DNA of 28,439 bases, from assembly GCA_030595015.1 (NCBI GenBank), contig JAUVDZ010000001.1:1-28439 (forward strand). The letters are read 5' to 3'. This document shows, one piece after another, positions 24,562-28,439 of the stretch (positions within the stretch are counted from its first letter, which is position 1; every line of letters begins with the position of its first letter). The translations under genes and the position numbers were made by a program. Below the pieces are notes generated by a model. That model saw nothing but the letters and a program-made list of their open reading frames with translations, searched no databases and was not told the DNA's origin. The DNA comes from Candidatus Peregrinibacteria bacterium. GTDB lineage: Bacteria > Patescibacteriota > Gracilibacteria > UBA1369 > PNNO01.

Positions 24562-25118
24562 ATCTTTTTTAAGTTTTTCCACCAATCCGTAAAATGTGTT
24601 TTTTCGAGTTCTTTAATCAACTTCTTGGCACTCGCTGTTTTTAAATGATCCTTTACATTATCAATCCAACCCTGAGTAGGGTGGCCAATGTCTAAATATT
24701 CTTTAGCCTGGATAGCTGTTTCTAAAAGGTCTGCATCGTGTGCAACCAATGCTAATTTTGAACTTCCCTTGTGCTTATCGATCCACATTTCTTCAATATC
24801 TTTTGCCATGGCCAAAGGCAATCCTTCAACTTGTTCTTTTAAAACATTTTCTTCAACCTCTTCTCTATCAATATATCTTTGGGCAATTTTATTGTGATCT
24901 CCAATCCGTGCTTCAGGGGCATCGTGAAATAAAAGCATACAAGCGGCTTTTTCAGCATCAACTCCTTCTAGTTTTCCTAAAACATATGCAATTACTGCAG
25001 CTCTATAAGAATGTTCTGCAACTGTATCCGGAATTTTAACTCCAGCAGCCATCACGCCATTGTGATGATATTTTTTTAGCATTCCAAGTTCAAAAAAGTA
25101 GTTAATTATTTTTTTCAT
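24558..25118 (-). CDS. HD-domain hydrolase (YfbR/HDDC2-like 5'-deoxynucleotidase family)
   Basis: DTVAEHSYR, LLFHDAPEARIGD and VAHDADLLE. Confidence 0.88.
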   Translation of the reverse strand: MKKIINYFFELGMLKKYHHNGVMAAGVKIPDTVAEHSYRAAVIAYVLGKLEGVDAEKAACMLLFHDAPEARIGDHNKIAQRYIDREEVEENVLKEQVEGLPLAMAKDIEEMWIDKHKGSSKLALVAHDADLLETAIQAKEYLDIGHPTQGWIDNVKDHLKTASAKKLIKELEKTHFTDWWKNLKKI

Positions 25119-26260
25119 AAATATCTTTTTAAGAATCGCTTTTTAAATGAATCAAATGTTCCTTTTTTAATGTGATCTCGTGATTTTTCCATCAAGTCTG
25201 TTAAAAAATGAAGATTATGGATCGTAAGAAGTCTTTGTCCGAACATTTCTTTTTCCATAATTAAATGGCGAACATAACTAGCAGTGTAATTTTTACATGA
25301 ATAACATTTACATTTTTCCATCAAAGGAGTGTCTTCAAATTTAAATTCAGCATTTTTGATTGTATTACGCCCATTGCAAGTCCAGAAAGATCCATGACGG
25401 GCATTTCTAGTGGCCATTACGCAGTCAAACATATCAATTCCGTGTGCAATTGCCTCTAATAAATCTTCAGGCGTTCCTACGCCCATTAAATATCTTGGTT
25501 TTTGTATTGGAAGATACGGATTGATCGAATCAAGAATATTGTACATCTCATCTTTTGTTTCTCCGACAGCAAGACCGCCAATTGCAATTCCCGGTAAATC
25601 TAAATCAACCATAAATTTTGTTGATTCAATCCTTAGGTCTTTGTGAATTCCACCCTGAATAATAGGAAATAAAGCTTGTTGGTCCTTGCGATCTTTTTGT
25701 AGTTTTTCCCATTCTGTTTTGCAAAGTTTTGCCCAATTATGCGTGCGTTCCATTGCTTCTTTTGTGTATTGTCTTGCAGCATAAGCAGGGGAGCATTCAT
25801 CAAATGCCATAATAATATCTGCGCCAAGTTCTTCCTGAATTCGCATAGCACTTTCTGGTGAGAAAAAGTGAGTTGATCCATCAATATGAGATTTAAATTC
25901 AACACCGTTTTCTTTAATTTTAACCAGAGGTTTGTTTTTCACTTTATGAGCTAATGAAAAAACCTGAAATCCTCCCGAATCAGTTAAAATTGGCTTATCC
26001 CAATTCATCCATTTGTGGAGTCCGCCCATTCGTTTTACAATATCGCTGCCTGGTCTTAAATATAAATGATATGTATTTGCTAAAATAACTTGAGCTCCAA
26101 GATCATTTAATTCTTCGGGGCTCAATGTTTTAACTGTAGCTTTTGTACCAACTGGCATAAAAACCGGAGTTTTGATTTTCCCATGGGGAGTATTCAAAAC
26201 ACCGCACCGCGCATTGGTTTCTTTATCTTCTGCTTTTATTTCGAATTTAAAGTCATTCAT
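25115..26260 (-). CDS. tgt: tRNA-guanine transglycosylase (bacterial Tgt)
   Basis: TPVFMPVGT, ANTYHLYLRPG, LTDSGGFQVFSL, AFDEC, IIQGG, GGLAVGE, YLMGVG, DMFDCV and Zn site CKCYSC...H. Confidence 0.97.
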   Translation of the reverse strand: MNDFKFEIKAEDKETNARCGVLNTPHGKIKTPVFMPVGTKATVKTLSPEELNDLGAQVILANTYHLYLRPGSDIVKRMGGLHKWMNWDKPILTDSGGFQVFSLAHKVKNKPLVKIKENGVEFKSHIDGSTHFFSPESAMRIQEELGADIIMAFDECSPAYAARQYTKEAMERTHNWAKLCKTEWEKLQKDRKDQQALFPIIQGGIHKDLRIESTKFMVDLDLPGIAIGGLAVGETKDEMYNILDSINPYLPIQKPRYLMGVGTPEDLLEAIAHGIDMFDCVMATRNARHGSFWTCNGRNTIKNAEFKFEDTPLMEKCKCYSCKNYTASYVRHLIMEKEMFGQRLLTIHNLHFLTDLMEKSRDHIKKGTFDSFKKRFLKRYL

Positions 26261-27210
26261 GACTGCCTTAGTAAATGATCAACCAAAGTAATTGCAATCA
26301 TGCTTTCTGCAACAGGAATAACACGAGGGACAATACATGTATCATGTCTTCCTTTTATTTTAATTGTAGTTTCTTTCCCTTTGATTGTAACTGTTTTTTG
26401 TAGTTTGCTTATACTTGCCGGAGGCTTAATCGCAAATCGAATAATAATATCTTCTCCTGTTGAGATTCCACCCAGAATTCCACCAGAATTGTTGGTTTTA
26501 GTTCTGATGTGTTTATTTTTCATTTCAAATTCATCATTGTTCTCAGAACCAAGCATTCCTGCAACTCTAAATCCTGCACCAATTTCAAAACCTTTAATTG
26601 CACCAATCGACATAATAGCTTTCGCAAGATCAGCATCAAGTTTATCGAAGGCAGGCTCTCCTAGCCCTTGTGGAGGATTTTTAACAATTATTTCAACTAA
26701 TCCACCGCAAGAATCATTAGGTTTTAAATCGCCTGTTTCGACTTTTGAGATTATAATTTTACATTTATGTTTAGCAAGAATTTTCTTAGCAATAGCGCCA
26801 GCCATAACCCGGCTAACTGTTTCTCTTCCTGATGATCGTCCTCCACCTCTGTAATCGCGAATCCCGTATTTCAAATAGTAACTGAAGTCTGCATGCCCGG
26901 GTCTAAAAACGTTTTTTAAATCAGAATAATCTTTGCTTTTTGCATTTTTATTCCAAACAATCATAGAAATAGGCATTCCAGTAGTTTTACCTTCAAAAAC
27001 ACCAGATAAGATTTCTACTTTATCTGATTCTTTACGTTTTGTGCTCATTTTAGAAGAACTTGGTTTTCTTTTGTCGAGTTCTGTTTGAATGTCTTTTTCG
27101 TCTAGTTTAATACCAGAAGGGCAACCATCAATAATAGCGCCTAAAGCCTTTCCATGGGATTCACCCCATGTAGTTACTTTGAAAATAGTGCCGAAAGTAT
27201 TACCTGGCAT
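26257..27210 (-). CDS. aroC: Chorismate synthase (short, 317 aa)
   Basis: GNTFG, TWGESHG, R.E.D.VEILSGVFEG.TTG.PI, RPGHAD, RGGGRSSGRET, NNSGGILGGISTG and GRHDTCIVPR. Confidence 0.95.
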   Translation of the reverse strand: MPGNTFGTIFKVTTWGESHGKALGAIIDGCPSGIKLDEKDIQTELDKRKPSSSKMSTKRKESDKVEILSGVFEGKTTGMPISMIVWNKNAKSKDYSDLKNVFRPGHADFSYYLKYGIRDYRGGGRSSGRETVSRVMAGAIAKKILAKHKCKIIISKVETGDLKPNDSCGGLVEIIVKNPPQGLGEPAFDKLDADLAKAIMSIGAIKGFEIGAGFRVAGMLGSENNDEFEMKNKHIRTKTNNSGGILGGISTGEDIIIRFAIKPPASISKLQKTVTIKGKETTIKIKGRHDTCIVPRVIPVAESMIAITLVDHLLRQS

Positions 27211-27224
27211 AGATTATTTTATAA

Positions 27225-27764
27225 TTATTCTTTATCTTTTGTTTTCCCTTCGCTTCGCTCCTTAGAGCTCGCTTTGCTCGCTCCGGCAGGTGCTTTTTTC
27301 TTTGCTACTGGCTTCTTCTTAGCAGGAGCTTTTTTAACAGGAGCCTTTTTAGTTGCCGCACTCCGTCGTACAGGCTCTTCCTCCTCATTCAGTCGCTTTG
27401 GCTCCTTCTTCGAAGCAAGATCTCGCACTTTGCTCGCTCTTTTTTCAGCTTTCTTATCTTCTTTTTCCTTAATTTTATTTAATTTATCAAGTGTCATGTA
27501 TTTTCCTTTTTTTTCAGATTTTTTAGCACTTTCAGATATTTTTTCTTCTTTAACTTCTCCAGATGCGGCTTTTCGTTTAGCGTTAAATTTCTCAACTCTA
27601 CCTGCGCTATCTACTAATTTTTGTTTACCAGTGTAAAAAGGATGACAAGCAGAACAAATTTCTACTTTATATGACTCTAAAGTAGAACCAGCTGTAACCA
27701 CATTTCCGCATTCACAAGAGAAAATTGCTGCTTCGTTATATTTTGGATGTATATCTTTTTTCAT
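27225..27764 (-). CDS. rpmE: 50S ribosomal protein L31 (Zn-binding type) with a ~110-aa Lys/Ala-rich C-terminal extension
   Basis: [39 protein letters not shown], then a tail including [22 protein letters not shown]. Confidence 0.95.
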   Translation of the reverse strand: MKKDIHPKYNEAAIFSCECGNVVTAGSTLESYKVEICSACHPFYTGKQKLVDSAGRVEKFNAKRKAASGEVKEEKISESAKKSEKKGKYMTLDKLNKIKEKEDKKAEKRASKVRDLASKKEPKRLNEEEEPVRRSAATKKAPVKKAPAKKKPVAKKKAPAGASKASSKERSEGKTKDKE

Positions 27765-28439
27765 GATCTTGATTTAATCTTAGTAAGTATTTTTTTTGCC
27801 CATGAACTATACTTTAGGTTTATCAGAATTGCAAGCAGAATTATGATAATTACAAGCATGATCGTAATATAAAAATCTACATTAATTACATTGATTTCAA
27901 ATTCCAAAATTCTAAATTCATCCTTATTATCGTAAACTGTGATTTTGATTGCTTGTTTACCTTGTTCTGTAAACGTAAACTTAAATTTTTTCCCGGTTTT
28001 TTTAATCTCATTGTCAAATTCCCAGGTAATGTAATTTAAACTTCCATCAGGATCATAAGAATCATAAGCCGAAACCTCCCATTCACGGTTTAAATAAGCA
28101 AATAAAGTATTCCCGCCCAGTTCAATAATCGGACCTTTGTTGTGATCATCAGGATCATCTTCATCCAAAAGTCCATCATCATCGTCATCTTCATCAACAT
28201 TGTCTCCTAATCCATCATCATCATAATCATATTGTTCTGAAGGATTAGTAGGGAAGTCATCTTCTCCATCAATCACACCATCTTCATCAGAATCTTCAAT
28301 AAACGGATCAGTGCCGAAGCGTTCTTCATCATCATCACTTAATCCATCATTATCATCATCATTGTCTTCATTATCACCAATCCCATCTTCGTCAGTGTCG
28401 TTCCATTCCATTGAATCTAAAGGGAATTTATCATCATCG
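27761..28439 (-). CDS. Partial (C-terminus only) surface protein: thrombospondin type-3 Ca-binding repeats, PKD domain and C-terminal TM anchor
   Basis: The frame stays open past 28411 to the window edge ([14 protein letters not shown]...). It contains [19 protein letters not shown] repeats, [25 protein letters not shown]...G..F.FTF...G...I.ITVYD and a hydrophobic tail followed by basic residues. Confidence 0.88.
   Translation of the reverse strand, partial: DDDKFPLDSMEWNDTDEDGIGDNEDNDDDNDGLSDDDEERFGTDPFIEDSDEDGVIDGEDDFPTNPSEQYDYDDDGLGDNVDEDDDDDGLLDEDDPDDHNKGPIIELGGNTLFAYLNREWEVSAYDSYDPDGSLNYITWEFDNEIKKTGKKFKFTFTEQGKQAIKITVYDNKDEFRILEFEINVINVDFYITIMLVIIIILLAILINLKYSSWAKKILTKIKSRS

Noticed and set aside
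25115-26260. Tgt as a DNA-modifying DpdA or a queuine-inserting variant
   Set aside because: Full-length canonical bacterial Tgt with the Zn site and preQ1-type Cys/Val residues; no dpd neighbours.
24688-27636. ORFs 24688-24897, 24740-25039, 25410-25646, 25633-25905, 26300-26854 and 27154-27636
   Set aside because: Antisense or alternate-frame shadows of HD, tgt, aroC and rpmE. The hydrophobic look of 27154-27636 is the reverse complement of Lys-rich codons.
28080-28439. GAT/TCA-rich repetitive DNA as a CRISPR or tandem array
   Set aside because: Explained by Asp-rich TSP3 coding repeats; no constant repeat-spacer period.

Overview
AT-rich, very compact bacterial chromosome segment. Genes are mostly on the minus strand, often with 1-8 nt stop/start overlaps, and I saw no obvious Shine-Dalgarno motifs. 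It uses standard code 11 (TGA is a stop). Gene content and style suggest a Patescibacteria/CPR organism, probably Peregrinibacteria-like; this is an inference. Left to right: partial efflux adaptor, DUF1858, a 3x-repeat hypothetical, tlyA, a hypothetical, tRNA-Arg(UCG), fused secDF, cupin, manC, gpmI, pilD, TPR membrane protein, ruvC, pyk, a MacAB-like ABC system plus lipoprotein, an orphan ORF, DUF2164, glmS, purQ fusion, Xaa-Pro peptidase, ruvA, HNH endonuclease, a hypothetical, HD hydrolase, tgt, aroC, rpmE and a partial TSP3/PKD surface protein. Three observations stand out. (1) SecDF carries two nested parvulin (PPIase) modules in its P1 domain and an extra TM hairpin. (2) PurQ is fused to two tandem PurS-like modules. 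(3) A 499-bp integrase-less insert sits at the 3' end of the DUF2164 gene. It supplies a replacement 3' end that differs from the displaced end almost only at synonymous sites, and it carries one orphan gene with its own promoter and operator-like palindrome. Also noted: an L31 with a ~110-aa basic tail, leaderless promoters, a terminator overlapped by a tRNA promoter, and a structured non-coding stretch after the tRNA. No CRISPR array, rRNA, transposase or integrase was seen.
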